64,000 bases of DNA from Bacteroidales bacterium (GCA_034002885.1 JAVEZS010000008.1:6001-70000), one strand, 5' to 3'. Shown: positions 47,390-57,358, counted from the first letter of the stretch. The notes: generated by a model from the sequence alone, not told the origin. Numbers and translations: made by a program.

Positions 47390-48004
47390 ATGCAGATCGT
47401 TGATACTTCGGGGCAGAAATGTCCCGCACCGCTAATAGCAACAAAACGCGCATTAAAGGATTGTGCCGGGGGCGACTCATTTAAGGTCATTACAGACAAT
47501 AAGACTTCCTTTGACAATGTGTGCCGTTACTTAAGGGATAACAGAACAGAGTATACGTACCTTGCTTCAGAGAGTAAGTGGACGATAACTGTCAGAAAGG
47601 TTGAAGCTGACATAATTTCCTCCCCTGCGGAGGACTACTGCACGACGGAAATACCACATTTCCGGAAGGGCGGGTATGTAATAGCATTTTCATCCGACAG
47701 GATGGGTGATGGGGATGAGGATCTGGGAAGGAAGCTGATGCTTAATTTTGTGAAGGCTGTCAGGGACCTCGATCTGCTTCCCGGAAGTATGGTTTTCTAC
47801 AACAGTGGAGTGCTACTGGGCATTGAGGGATCGGAAACCTCTTATCATTTAGAGCTAATAAGCCGGATGGGAGTAAAGCTCTTCTTCTGCGCAACATGCA
47901 TTGAGCATTACAGGCCGGGAAAAATTACCGGTGCAGCCATCCTGAGCAATATGTTCGAAATAGCTCAGAATCTGGCTTCCGCCACAAATGTCATAAAACC
48001 CTGA
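47390..48004 (+). CDS. yedF: Sulfurtransferase-like selenium metabolism protein YedF (TusA-like + DsrE-like)
   Basis: TusA-type motif GQKCPAPLIATKRAL and a C-terminal DsrE-like half with FFCATC. Immediately upstream of selD. Confidence 0.75.
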   Translation: MQIVDTSGQKCPAPLIATKRALKDCAGGDSFKVITDNKTSFDNVCRYLRDNRTEYTYLASESKWTITVRKVEADIISSPAEDYCTTEIPHFRKGGYVIAFSSDRMGDGDEDLGRKLMLNFVKAVRDLDLLPGSMVFYNSGVLLGIEGSETSYHLELISRMGVKLFFCATCIEHYRPGKITGAAILSNMFEIAQNLASATNVIKP

Positions 48005-48018
48005 AGAACATCTTTCAG

Positions 48019-49059
48019 ATGAAAACAGACCTTCTTGAAATGACCGAAAGCGGAGGATGTTCTGCGAAAATACCTCCGGCCAAGCTGGATGAGATCCTGA
48101 GTTACCTTCCTCTTCCTGTCGACCCGAATATCCTTGTAGACATAGATACTCACGACGACGCAGGAGTTTACAGGGTCAATGACGATCTTGCCCTGGTATT
48201 CACCACCGACTTCTTTCCCCCAGTCTGCAGCGATCCCTATGAATTCGGACAGATTGCAGCTGCAAACTCCATCAGTGATATCTATGCCATGGGAGCAACT
48301 CCGGTGATAGCCCTGAATATAATGATGTTCCCATCTGCCAGGCTTCCTCTTGAGGCTTATGCCTCCATTCTAATGGGAGGCGCTGATATGGCTGCAGAAG
48401 CGGGCTTAAGGATAATAGGCGGACATACAATTGAGGATTACCCTCCGAAATACGGTCTGGCAGTTATCGGATACGTCAATCCCGGCAGGATCATCACCAA
48501 CGCGGCCGCAGAGCCGGGAGATCTGCTGATCCTTACAAAACCCCTTGGTACGGGGGTGATCCTTGCCGCCCAGAGGATGAAAATGGCATCGGATGAAGAT
48601 GTGAGTGAGGCAAAACGACTTATGAAAAGCCTTAACCGGTCTGCTGCAGAAGTTATGAAGAACCACGGTGTAAAAGCAGCCACGGATATTACAGGATTTG
48701 GTCTTGCAGGTCATGCCCTCAGAATGGCCATGGCAGGAAATGTCTCATTGAAACTGAACCTTTCAGGCCTCCCTCTTATAGGTGATACCTACAGACTTGT
48801 AGATGAAGGTTGCATCCCGGGAGCATCATTCAGGAACCTCGACTTTGTTGAAAAAGATGCTGTGTTTGCCCCTGGCCTCGATTATAACCTCAGGATGATA
48901 GCTATGGATGCTCAAACATCAGGTGGCTTGCTGATGTGCGTGAAGCCCGATTCAGCCTCAGGCGCCCTAGATGAACTCAGGACCGCAGGAATGACAGCAT
49001 CGGCAATAATAGGATCAGTTACCCGAATGGAAGAAAAACATCTTATCCTTTCGGAATAA
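48019..49059 (+). CDS. selD: Selenide, water dikinase (Cys form)
   Basis: N-terminal SGGCSAKIPP (Cys-x2-Lys), PurM-like AIR-synthase fold motifs DDAGVY, GGHTI; 346 aa. Confidence 0.9.
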   Translation: MKTDLLEMTESGGCSAKIPPAKLDEILSYLPLPVDPNILVDIDTHDDAGVYRVNDDLALVFTTDFFPPVCSDPYEFGQIAAANSISDIYAMGATPVIALNIMMFPSARLPLEAYASILMGGADMAAEAGLRIIGGHTIEDYPPKYGLAVIGYVNPGRIITNAAAEPGDLLILTKPLGTGVILAAQRMKMASDEDVSEAKRLMKSLNRSAAEVMKNHGVKAATDITGFGLAGHALRMAMAGNVSLKLNLSGLPLIGDTYRLVDEGCIPGASFRNLDFVEKDAVFAPGLDYNLRMIAMDAQTSGGLLMCVKPDSASGALDELRTAGMTASAIIGSVTRMEEKHLILSE

Positions 49060-49064
49060 GCATG

Positions 49065-49682
49065 TCAGTCGAAGACAGCTTCAAAGGAACCATACTCCCT
49101 GGCTGAAAAACAAAGGGCTATCTGTCCGGCAGTGTTTCTCTCGGCTGAGAGAGGTGGAAGCTCGTCTTTTCCGAAAAAACCAGCCTCCATGGTCTCGGTA
49201 TTGATTGCAAAAGACTGTTCTATGAGTTCGCACTCAACAAATATCTTGTAAACGGTGTATGGATATGGGAAATTATAATGCCTGTCGGCCTGGTGAATGG
49301 CTATTATCCTTCTGGGTTTGACCTTTGCTCCTGCCTCTTCAAGACACTCTCTGACAGCTGATTCGCTCACCGATGTGGTTACATCAGCCCAACCTCCGGG
49401 AAGCGACCAGGCGCCATCGATCTTCTCCCTTACCATCAGAATCCTGTTATCCCTGAAAACAGCCGACCTTATATCAACTTTCGGGGTCTGATAACCAGTT
49501 TCAGAAGCAAACAGGTCAGTAATTTTTTTTATTCCGGCGTCAGTATATTCATTCATTATCTCAACCGAAATATCCCTTATCTGCTGATAACGGTCAAGGT
49601 CATAGCTGTTCTGACCGAAGGTAAGACCAGCCTGGGCAACCGACTGAAGCCTTAACGCCCAGTCAATCCACTTTTCTTTCAT
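49065..49682 (-). CDS. Nudix hydrolase with N-terminal Nudix_N-type extension
   Basis: WSLPGGWADVTTSVSESAVRECLEEAG Nudix box preceded by a ~70-aa helical N-domain. Confidence 0.75.
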   Translation of the reverse strand: MKEKWIDWALRLQSVAQAGLTFGQNSYDLDRYQQIRDISVEIMNEYTDAGIKKITDLFASETGYQTPKVDIRSAVFRDNRILMVREKIDGAWSLPGGWADVTTSVSESAVRECLEEAGAKVKPRRIIAIHQADRHYNFPYPYTVYKIFVECELIEQSFAINTETMEAGFFGKDELPPLSAERNTAGQIALCFSAREYGSFEAVFD

Positions 49683-49789
49683 CTGTAATAATATTGTTGA
49701 ATGGCTAAAAATACCGATTTATGGGGTATATAAAAAGCTGGCTGGCAGCCTTGTCTTTCTTTTTTCAGATAACAGCTTCCTTTCGTCCT

Positions 49790-49806
49790 GAAATTGTAAC
49801 AATTTC
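49790..49806. promoter_or_regulatory. Perfect palindrome GAAATTGT-A-ACAATTTC upstream of pit
   Basis: 8-1-8 perfect inverted repeat about 145 nt upstream of the pit ATG in a 266-bp intergenic region. Confidence 0.4.
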
Positions 49807-49948
49807 TTAACATGAAAATCTGATTAAATCTTTCTATGATTAGTAATTTCGTATCGGAAAATCAGTAATACGGTTTAACGTATAGTATTGAAAACCATGT
49901 TGTTATTTACCAGACCCGATTAAGTACCCAAAAACCGACAGGATAGTC

Positions 49949-50935
49949 ATGACTTATCTATACATTCTGATCACTCTTGTTCTGATTTTCGATTTTATTA
50001 ACGGGTTTCACGATTCTGCAAATTCAATAGCCACAGTAGTATCAACAAAGGTGCTGTCTCCAATATCGGCAGTTGCCCTTGCAGCAACTTTTAATTTTCT
50101 GGCGTTTCTTATTTTCCCTCTTAAAGTGGCCACAACCATTGGGAAAGGAGTAATCAGCACTGAAATAGTTACACTGAATCTTATTACTGCCGCCGTTCTG
50201 GCTGCAATTATATGGAACCTGATTACCTGGTGGTGGGGGCTTCCCTCAAGTTCTTCCCATACCCTCGTGGGAGGGCTCGTTGGAGCTGCAGTTGCAGGCA
50301 GCGGGTTCGGATCCGTAATCTATTCGGGTGTCGCGAAAATAGGGATTTTTATTGTTGTGGCCCCCGTGCTGGGAATGATAATGTCGTATATCATCTCAGT
50401 GATAGTCCTTCATATTGTAAAGAACAAATCACCCTTCGGGGTCGACAAGCATTTCCGGCGTCTTCAGCTGCTTTCGGCTTCAGCCTTCAGCCTTGGTCAT
50501 GGAGGAAACGATGCCCAGAAATCGATGGGGATAATCTGGGTTGCCCTTATTGCTGCCGGGAAAGTGGCCAACGACTCACCCATTGACCTCTGGATAGTAC
50601 TTTCATGCCATGGGGCAATTGCATTGGGTACTCTCTTCGGCGGATGGAGGATTGTAAAGACAATGGGCCAGAAAATAACCAAGCTGAAGCCTTTTGAAGG
50701 ATTCTGTGCCGAGACCGCCGGAGCATTGACACTCTTTATGGCAACTCATTTCGGAATCCCCGTGAGTACAACCCATACAATAACGGGATCAATAATAGGA
50801 GTGGGGGCAACAAAAAGGGCCTCTGCAGTTCAGTGGGGTGTTACAACGAAGATATTCTGGGCATGGATACTGACAATACCGGTTTCAGCCTTGATCGGAG
50901 CAGGCATTTTCTACATCATCGAATTTATATTCTGA
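49949..50935 (+). CDS. pit: Inorganic phosphate transporter, PiT (PHO4) family
   Basis: FINGFHDSANSIATVVST and GHGGNDAQKSMG duplicated PiT signatures; polytopic. Confidence 0.9.
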   Translation: MTYLYILITLVLIFDFINGFHDSANSIATVVSTKVLSPISAVALAATFNFLAFLIFPLKVATTIGKGVISTEIVTLNLITAAVLAAIIWNLITWWWGLPSSSSHTLVGGLVGAAVAGSGFGSVIYSGVAKIGIFIVVAPVLGMIMSYIISVIVLHIVKNKSPFGVDKHFRRLQLLSASAFSLGHGGNDAQKSMGIIWVALIAAGKVANDSPIDLWIVLSCHGAIALGTLFGGWRIVKTMGQKITKLKPFEGFCAETAGALTLFMATHFGIPVSTTHTITGSIIGVGATKRASAVQWGVTTKIFWAWILTIPVSALIGAGIFYIIEFIF

Positions 50936-50940
50936 TTTAA

Positions 50941-50970
50941 AAGCCGTTCAGCATCGGCTTAAGTTTTTTT
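50941..50970 (+). terminator. Rho-independent terminator after pit
   Basis: AAGCCG-ttcagcat-CGGCTT followed by aagTTTTTTT, 6 nt after the stop. Confidence 0.6.
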
Positions 50971-51099
50971 GACATAAATGAAGTATTCTCATAAACCGGA
51001 CGAAACTGTTTCACTTAAAAGGGAGACAGTATTAATTCCGGTCAGCGAACTGATCGCCATCGTCATCTTTCAGTGCAGGGCATTTTTTATTCAACACAT

Positions 51100-51750
51100 A
51101 TGAGCAGGAACAATCTATTGAACGTATTCGTACCAAAATATCATTCATTATTCCCCTGGTTCGACAGGTACGCCGATAATCTGGCATCGGGAGGTAATAA
51201 TCTCAAACTACTGATGCAGACAAAGGACAGGGAAAAACAGTCGCAGATCATCAGCAGCATACATGATACAGAAAAGGCAGGCGAGAGAATATCTCATGAA
51301 ACATACTCCCTCCTGAGGAGCCTTATAGTAATTCCTTTCGACAGGGAAGACATAAATGACCTCATCAACAAATCTGGCCATTTCCTCAGCATGATAAACC
51401 AGGTAGCCAGGACATTTCAGTTCAACAAACAGGAACGGATATTCACTTCGTATGCGGGAATGTCGGATCTTATTGCCCAGGCGGCCGACGAGGCATGCAG
51501 ATCCATTAAGAACCTCCGTGATGCTGCAGGGAACAGACATAAGATTTCTGCATCCTGCCGTAAACTGAATCAGCTTGCGAAAGATGCTGAGGAGGCCTAT
51601 TATGAAGGCATAATGGATGTTTTTTCGGGTGAGAACAGCGCAAAGGAGCTCACAATGAGAAAAAATGTCCTTGAATCGTTCAGAAAATGTATTTCAGGGA
51701 TTAAAGACCTTAATGAAGCCCTGAGAACCATCATCATAAAAGTATCCTGA
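51100..51750 (+). CDS. DUF47 family (PhoU-like) phosphate-transport accessory protein
   Basis: About 216-aa all-helical protein adjacent to pit. ATG at 51100 (MSRNNLLNVFVPK...); the track start is a GTG. Confidence 0.7.
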   Translation: MSRNNLLNVFVPKYHSLFPWFDRYADNLASGGNNLKLLMQTKDREKQSQIISSIHDTEKAGERISHETYSLLRSLIVIPFDREDINDLINKSGHFLSMINQVARTFQFNKQERIFTSYAGMSDLIAQAADEACRSIKNLRDAAGNRHKISASCRKLNQLAKDAEEAYYEGIMDVFSGENSAKELTMRKNVLESFRKCISGIKDLNEALRTIIIKVS

Positions 51751-51782
51751 CTTCTCTGCCTTTCGGGCTTCAGTGGATCCTG

Positions 51783-53543
51783 TTAATAGCGGGGAAGTGA
51801 AAAGAGGAATTCAGTTCCTCCACCAGCCCTGTTCCGGACACTGATGTCTCCCCTGTGAAGGATGATTGCATTTTTTACTATCGACAGTCCAAGACCTGTA
51901 CCGCCGCTCTTCCTCGACCTGCCTGAGTCGATCCTGTAAAAACGCTCAAAGATCCTGTTTATATGCTCGTGCGGAATCCCGACTCCGTCATCCGAGAATG
52001 AAAAGTAATAGTATTTTTTGTCCTGATTGTAAATAAATATCCTGATTGTGGTGTCATCACCAGCGTAGTTAATGGCATTTTCGATAAGATTCTGAAAAAC
52101 CGACAGAATAAGTGACTTGTCGCCCCTTACAACAACATCATCCCCGATATCGGATTCTACCTTCATCCTTCTGTTCTCAATGGCCGATATGAAATTATCC
52201 CTGACCTCACGTATTATCTTCCGTATCTTAATCTTCACCGGTTTGTAGGATGATCCTGCTTCCTCGATCCTGTTGAGGACCGAAATGTCGTTTATGAGAT
52301 TGGCAAGCCTGTCTGTCTGCCCAAGCGCTTTCTCGAGGAAGTATTTCATCCTTTGAGGCTCAATGTTCGGATCGTTCAGCATTGTCTCGATATAACCCTT
52401 TATAGAAGCTACCGGTGTTTTTAGCTCATGAGCGATGTTTGAGGTCATTTGCTGCTTTATGAGCTTGTTCTTGCCTATTTTTGTTATGTCCTCCAGGATA
52501 ACTTCAAAGCTGTTGTCATGAAAGATGACGCACTGCACTTTGAAAAACTTTCCGTCTTTCGACACCTGATACTCCATCCCTGGTAATTCAGAGGATAGGA
52601 TGTCAGCTCCTGTGTGTTTTTCAACAAAATCGCTGACGGTCGAGAACTCGGGTATCTCGAAAAAGTTGGCTGAGAAGATCTTCAGATCGCCCGAAATAAG
52701 ATTCATAAGCTGTATGAAATGATCATTCCTGAAAATAATCTGCCTTTCACTCGAAAAGATCGCAACACCCTCGTTGAGTGCATTGAGGTGATTGAAAAGC
52801 TTCTCCTTCTCAATTGCAAGTTCGTTCTTTGCCGATAAAAGATTGTTGTAAATGCTCAATATCTCCGAGCCGATCTCCCCGAGTTCATTATGCGGGAAAT
52901 CAGAAATGAAAGGTTTGTCGTCCCTGAGGCTCCTGGTGAAATCCTTCAGACTTGTGACCGATTCACCGAAACGTTTTGTAACTACAAGTAAGATTATACC
53001 AATAAGTATAAAACAACTCAGAAGAACCATCAGAAAAGTAAGGTTGGCTTTCAGGAAGGTGTTTACTCTAATATCGTGAACAAGGGCTGCCCTTATATGG
53101 TAACTCTGGTACAGCTTCGAATAATAATAGTAATTCTGTCCTGTTGTGGCTGACCTCCTGACAGCAGTACCCGATCCTGACTTTCTCGATTCAGCTATTT
53201 CTGGCCTCGACCCGTGATTTCCAAGAAGTCCGGGATCTTTTACGTTGCTGTCGTACAATACATTACCCGAAGTGTCAATTACAGAGAGCCTCAGGTTAGG
53301 CTGGGGGAGAAGCCTGACGAGTGAATCCAGTTTCCGGTATTCCCCCGGGCTGTTGATAAAGTTGATCTTCAGATAATTATCAGTAATCCTGGTAATGTTA
53401 TGGAGTTCATCATTCAGAGCAAGTATCCTGAATTCTTTCTCCCTTCTGTACTGGTAGGCCACGGTCAGAAGAGCAACAATTATGAAAATTGTTGAGTAGA
53501 ACAGAAGAAGGTTGTTCCTGAAGCTGTTTCTCATTCCCGGCAT
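51783..53543 (-). CDS. Sensor histidine kinase (PhoR-like by context)
   Basis: Two TM segments flanking a periplasmic domain, H-box NIAHELKTPVASIKGY, N box, G2 box GGTGLGLSIV. Confidence 0.85.
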   Translation of the reverse strand: MPGMRNSFRNNLLLFYSTIFIIVALLTVAYQYRREKEFRILALNDELHNITRITDNYLKINFINSPGEYRKLDSLVRLLPQPNLRLSVIDTSGNVLYDSNVKDPGLLGNHGSRPEIAESRKSGSGTAVRRSATTGQNYYYYSKLYQSYHIRAALVHDIRVNTFLKANLTFLMVLLSCFILIGIILLVVTKRFGESVTSLKDFTRSLRDDKPFISDFPHNELGEIGSEILSIYNNLLSAKNELAIEKEKLFNHLNALNEGVAIFSSERQIIFRNDHFIQLMNLISGDLKIFSANFFEIPEFSTVSDFVEKHTGADILSSELPGMEYQVSKDGKFFKVQCVIFHDNSFEVILEDITKIGKNKLIKQQMTSNIAHELKTPVASIKGYIETMLNDPNIEPQRMKYFLEKALGQTDRLANLINDISVLNRIEEAGSSYKPVKIKIRKIIREVRDNFISAIENRRMKVESDIGDDVVVRGDKSLILSVFQNLIENAINYAGDDTTIRIFIYNQDKKYYYFSFSDDGVGIPHEHINRIFERFYRIDSGRSRKSGGTGLGLSIVKNAIILHRGDISVRNRAGGGTEFLFSLPRY

Positions 53544-53545
53544 AG

Positions 53546-54238
53546 TCAGTTCCCGAAATCAAAGTAGTATCCATACCCGGTCTTGTTCCTGAGATTCTGA
53601 CCGTAATTACCCAGCTTTGTCCGCAGCCTCGTAATATTTACATCGACTGTCCGGTCAGTTACAATAACATCCTGTCCCCAGACTGTCATAAGTATCTCTT
53701 CCCTGCTGAAAACTTTGGTCTGGTTTTCAAGAAGCAACCTGAGTATCTCGAATTCCTTTTTTGTTAGTTCTATTTTTTCATCGTTGATAATGAGCCTTTT
53801 TCTTACCATATCCATCTCTATATCACCGAATCGTATTGTTGAGGATACCCTGGCTTTTTCGGTCTTTGAACGCTTCAGAACAGCTTTAACCCTTGCTGTG
53901 AGTTCGTTTATGGAGAAGGGCTTGGCAATGTAATCATCTGCTCCCAGGCTGAAACCGGTAAGGATGTCGTTCTCTGTGTCCTTCGCCGTGAGGAAGATTA
54001 TAGGGACGCTGATTCCCATCTCTTTTCTTAACTTATCGGCAAGCCTGAATCCCGACATCGGACCCATCATCACATCCAGGAGAATCAGGTCAAAACCGGC
54101 AAGCGGTCTTTTCAGCGCTTCCTCAGCAGAATGTACCACTTCTGTTGTATATCCTTCATTACCAAGATTATACTGAAGGATCTCACATAGATCCTCTTCG
54201 TCGTCGACAATCAGTATGCTTTTGTTTCTTGTTTCCAT
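53546..54238 (-). CDS. OmpR/PhoB family response regulator
   Basis: ILIVDDEED...LILLDVMMGPMSG...IIFLTAK...KPF receiver plus a winged-helix C-terminus (TVDVNITRLR...GYGYYF). Confidence 0.9.
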   Translation of the reverse strand: METRNKSILIVDDEEDLCEILQYNLGNEGYTTEVVHSAEEALKRPLAGFDLILLDVMMGPMSGFRLADKLRKEMGISVPIIFLTAKDTENDILTGFSLGADDYIAKPFSINELTARVKAVLKRSKTEKARVSSTIRFGDIEMDMVRKRLIINDEKIELTKKEFEILRLLLENQTKVFSREEILMTVWGQDVIVTDRTVDVNITRLRTKLGNYGQNLRNKTGYGYYFDFGN

Positions 54239-54312
54239 AAGAATGGAAATTAGGGTTTTGTCTTGTGTCGCGATAAGGTATAAAGGTAATCAAATTGATT
54301 TTAACCCGACCG

Positions 54313-54355
54313 GAAAAATGCCCGTCAAATCTGGTAGCAGCAGTTCAACGGGCAT
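54313..54355 (-). terminator. Candidate terminator after the TonB-dependent receptor gene
   Basis: On the minus strand: ATGCCCGT-(22 nt)-ACGGGCAT followed by TTTTT, about 30 nt after the stop. Confidence 0.45.
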
Positions 54356-54385
54356 CGATAACCAATTATGCGTCAGGATACCAGT

Positions 54386-57289
54386 CTAAAACAAGGCATA
54401 AGTGAGTTTCAGATGGTAAGTTATCCCGGGCTCCAGTTTTGTGAAAAACTGGTCGGTCGGATTAAAGGATTTGAATACCGATTCTTTTTTGTCATTAAGC
54501 AGATTGTCAACCTTTAACTCAATTTGCATCTTTTTCTCTCTTCCCACTTTCCCTGATGCAGTGAAATTAAGATTATGGAAAGGAAGGGTATATATGTCCG
54601 GTCTGTCTGCAATGCCGACATACTGAAGCGTTTTTCCCTGGACATTGTAAAACAGGCCTGCTTCAAAACCCGACCAGAATGCTTTTTCTCCACCCGACCA
54701 GGTAATTCCGCTGTTGATGATCCATGGCGACTGACCGGCCATTTCACGGGTCCTGCTGATCGATTGTCCGGTACGTGAATTCTCTATTCTTGAATAATAC
54801 TCAGTCAGACTAAGTTCGATACCTGACCTGATGACAGATATATTGGATGAGAAACTGAAGTTATCCATGGCTCTGGTCAGCCTGCCAAGGTTCTGACGAA
54901 CCTCAAGCTCAAGGCCCAGAAGCTGTCCATCCCCAACGTTTCTGGGCTGGAAAGTACCTGTCTGGGTAGCATATTGCACTATCTCGATAGGTTTATTGAA
55001 GTATTTGTAGAATCCGCTGACTGACAGCATCTGGCCTTCTTTGCGATATAGTTCCCAGCGGAGATCGATATTGTGGATATCGGAGCTTTCAAGATAACCA
55101 TTCCAGTATTCCCTGCCTGCCACATCATCGGCATCACGGAACATGCCACCGACAAATGTTCTGCCGCTGATCGGATCTGAAATTTCGGCGAACGACAGCT
55201 CCTTGAATGAGGGCCGGGCAATCGTACGGGCATATGATGTCCTCAGGTTCTGGTTTTCGCTAAGCTTATATATCAGGTTTACCGAAGGGAAGAGCCCGAT
55301 GTCGTCGAGAACCTTATCATTTTTGAGAACAATCGTTCCAAGCTGATTCTGCCCGGTGTATCTCTGGGTGAATTTTTCAACCCTGACACCGGCAATGACT
55401 CTCAGATTCTTTAAAAGAGTCAGCTCGGCAGAAACATATCCTGCACCATTACCGGAACTGGCTTTGAACTGATTGGGATTCGAGGGGAGAAAACCGGCTT
55501 CATAGGTGGTACCGCTTCCAAAATCAGTCCCGTACAGAGGCCAGATATTTTCAGGCCGGAACAGCTCGTCGGGATCTCCTGTCAGAGGAACGTTCCTGAC
55601 ATTGAGCATGAATTTTCTTATCATAAAGTCGCGTTCCTTGTAGGTGTAAGATCCTCCAAAGCTCAGTTTTGCGGCTTCGCCATTGAATTTGAATCCCTTT
55701 GTTGCATGGACAACCCCGGCGTAATTATTCTCCGAAAGGGTCCTCCATATCCTTTCCGGAAAGCCTGATTCAGTATTAATCAGGTAGTTGCCGGAGCTGC
55801 CTTCAACATAGCGAACAAAGCGGGCATCCGGATCTTCAATCTTTGAAATTGTTGGCGAGAGCTTCCAGACCAGATCCCATTCCCCGTTTCTGAACGAGTG
55901 CTTCCCGTCGAGCAGGATGTTTGTAAGCGAGCGCTGGCTGTACTCTAGGTTGTGCTGGTAACCTGAAAAGATGCTTCCCTGATCTGACCCTTCATAATCA
56001 AAGACCCCTGCTTTTGACTCCCCGTTCTGGAGGTGAATGATGTTGAGCCTGAATTTTGAATGTGTTGTTTTCAGGGCGAATCCGGCCAGTCCGCTTAACA
56101 ACACACTGCTTACTCCGAAGTTGCCTTTCTGGAATTCCCTGACTTCCAGATCGGTCACATTGGGATCACTGGCAAGCCCGTAACGGCCGTATTCTGCATC
56201 CTTGTAAAACTCAGTGTTGTTTTTGTACGAGAACCCCACGTTATAACCGAGTGTCACCTTTTTTAAAGGTATCTGGTTACCAAATGAGGCACCGGCACCA
56301 TAATCCATGAAACTCTTCTTCCTTATTGCTGCCATATCCGGATTGAAGCTATTCAGTACTTCACGGTATCTCAAGGCCTGCTCTCCCTCCGGATTGCCAA
56401 TAACAGAAGCAAAGAAGGGAAGATTGTCAGTGGCAGGGATGGATCTGGTTCCATCATCGAATCCAAGGAAATCTGTTTTTCCGCCTTTATAGGTCAGATA
56501 GTCTTTTTTAAAATGATAATCGGGATTGTAACTTGTTCCGATAAAGAAGTTACCCTTTTTTTCATCCGGAAAATCCCTGAGCGCAATATCAATGATTCCG
56601 CCGGTGAAATCAGCCGGAAGCTCAGCACTGAATGATTTATGGACGATGATATTATCTATAAGGTTCGTTGGAAAAATGTCCATCTGCATCGTGTTGCGGT
56701 CAGGATCAAGACCCGGTATGTCAACCCCGTTAAGGATCGTTTTTGTATAACGGTCGCCAAGCCCCCTGACAAATACGTATCTTCCTCCTTCAACTGATAC
56801 ACCCGGAACTCGTTTCATCGAAGCTGCTGCATCGGAATCACCCATCTTTCTGAAGTTTGCTGAGGATATCCCGTCGACAAGATTGGGCGATTCCATCTTA
56901 ATGGTCATTACGGCACTTTCTGTGTTCCTTTTCATTTCAGCGCTGACAGTTACTTCCGAAAGACCGAAGGTTGCAGATTTCAAGGGAAGGTTTTCGAGAA
57001 GCGTGACTTCGCCTGCAGTTACTTTTACTCCGTTTATGGAATGGGTTTCGTACGAAACGAATGAAAATCTTATATTGTAAATTCCCGGTTCAATTGAAAG
57101 ATTGAACTTGCCGTCAAGGTCCGTAAGAATACCACGGGTAGTATTTTCAATAAGAACAGTCACTCCCGTCAGTGCTTCCCCGCTTGCTTCATCAGAGACG
57201 GATCCCCTAATTATACCATTCTGTCCGGAGAGTTCTCCGAAGAACATTATCAGAAAAGCAAGTGCGAATAAGAATTTTGAATAACGCAT
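54386..57289 (-). CDS. TonB-dependent receptor with N-terminal CarboxypepD_reg domain
   Basis: Signal peptide, GIIRGSVSDEASGEALTGVTVLIE, plug motif RVPGVSVEGGRYVFVRGLGDRYTKTILNG, C-terminal ...LKLTYALF. Confidence 0.9.
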   Translation of the reverse strand: MRYSKFLFALAFLIMFFGELSGQNGIIRGSVSDEASGEALTGVTVLIENTTRGILTDLDGKFNLSIEPGIYNIRFSFVSYETHSINGVKVTAGEVTLLENLPLKSATFGLSEVTVSAEMKRNTESAVMTIKMESPNLVDGISSANFRKMGDSDAAASMKRVPGVSVEGGRYVFVRGLGDRYTKTILNGVDIPGLDPDRNTMQMDIFPTNLIDNIIVHKSFSAELPADFTGGIIDIALRDFPDEKKGNFFIGTSYNPDYHFKKDYLTYKGGKTDFLGFDDGTRSIPATDNLPFFASVIGNPEGEQALRYREVLNSFNPDMAAIRKKSFMDYGAGASFGNQIPLKKVTLGYNVGFSYKNNTEFYKDAEYGRYGLASDPNVTDLEVREFQKGNFGVSSVLLSGLAGFALKTTHSKFRLNIIHLQNGESKAGVFDYEGSDQGSIFSGYQHNLEYSQRSLTNILLDGKHSFRNGEWDLVWKLSPTISKIEDPDARFVRYVEGSSGNYLINTESGFPERIWRTLSENNYAGVVHATKGFKFNGEAAKLSFGGSYTYKERDFMIRKFMLNVRNVPLTGDPDELFRPENIWPLYGTDFGSGTTYEAGFLPSNPNQFKASSGNGAGYVSAELTLLKNLRVIAGVRVEKFTQRYTGQNQLGTIVLKNDKVLDDIGLFPSVNLIYKLSENQNLRTSYARTIARPSFKELSFAEISDPISGRTFVGGMFRDADDVAGREYWNGYLESSDIHNIDLRWELYRKEGQMLSVSGFYKYFNKPIEIVQYATQTGTFQPRNVGDGQLLGLELEVRQNLGRLTRAMDNFSFSSNISVIRSGIELSLTEYYSRIENSRTGQSISRTREMAGQSPWIINSGITWSGGEKAFWSGFEAGLFYNVQGKTLQYVGIADRPDIYTLPFHNLNFTASGKVGREKKMQIELKVDNLLNDKKESVFKSFNPTDQFFTKLEPGITYHLKLTYALF

Positions 57290-57318
57290 AATTGATTGAT
57301 TATTTGTAATGATAAAAC

Positions 57319-57340
57319 CCGCAGGCCCGAAGACCTGCGG
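57319..57340 (-). terminator. Intercistronic hairpin between the lipoprotein and TonB-dependent receptor genes (possible attenuator or partial terminator)
   Basis: On the minus strand: CCGCAGG-tcttcggg-CCTGCGG followed by GTTTTAT. Confidence 0.4.
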
Positions 57341-57358
57341 ATTATGTTTGTTTAGTTT

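Noticed and set aside
48019-48080. Possible in-frame UGA (selenocysteine) in selD
   Set aside because: The catalytic position is encoded by a normal Cys codon (GGCSAK) and the ORF has no internal stop.
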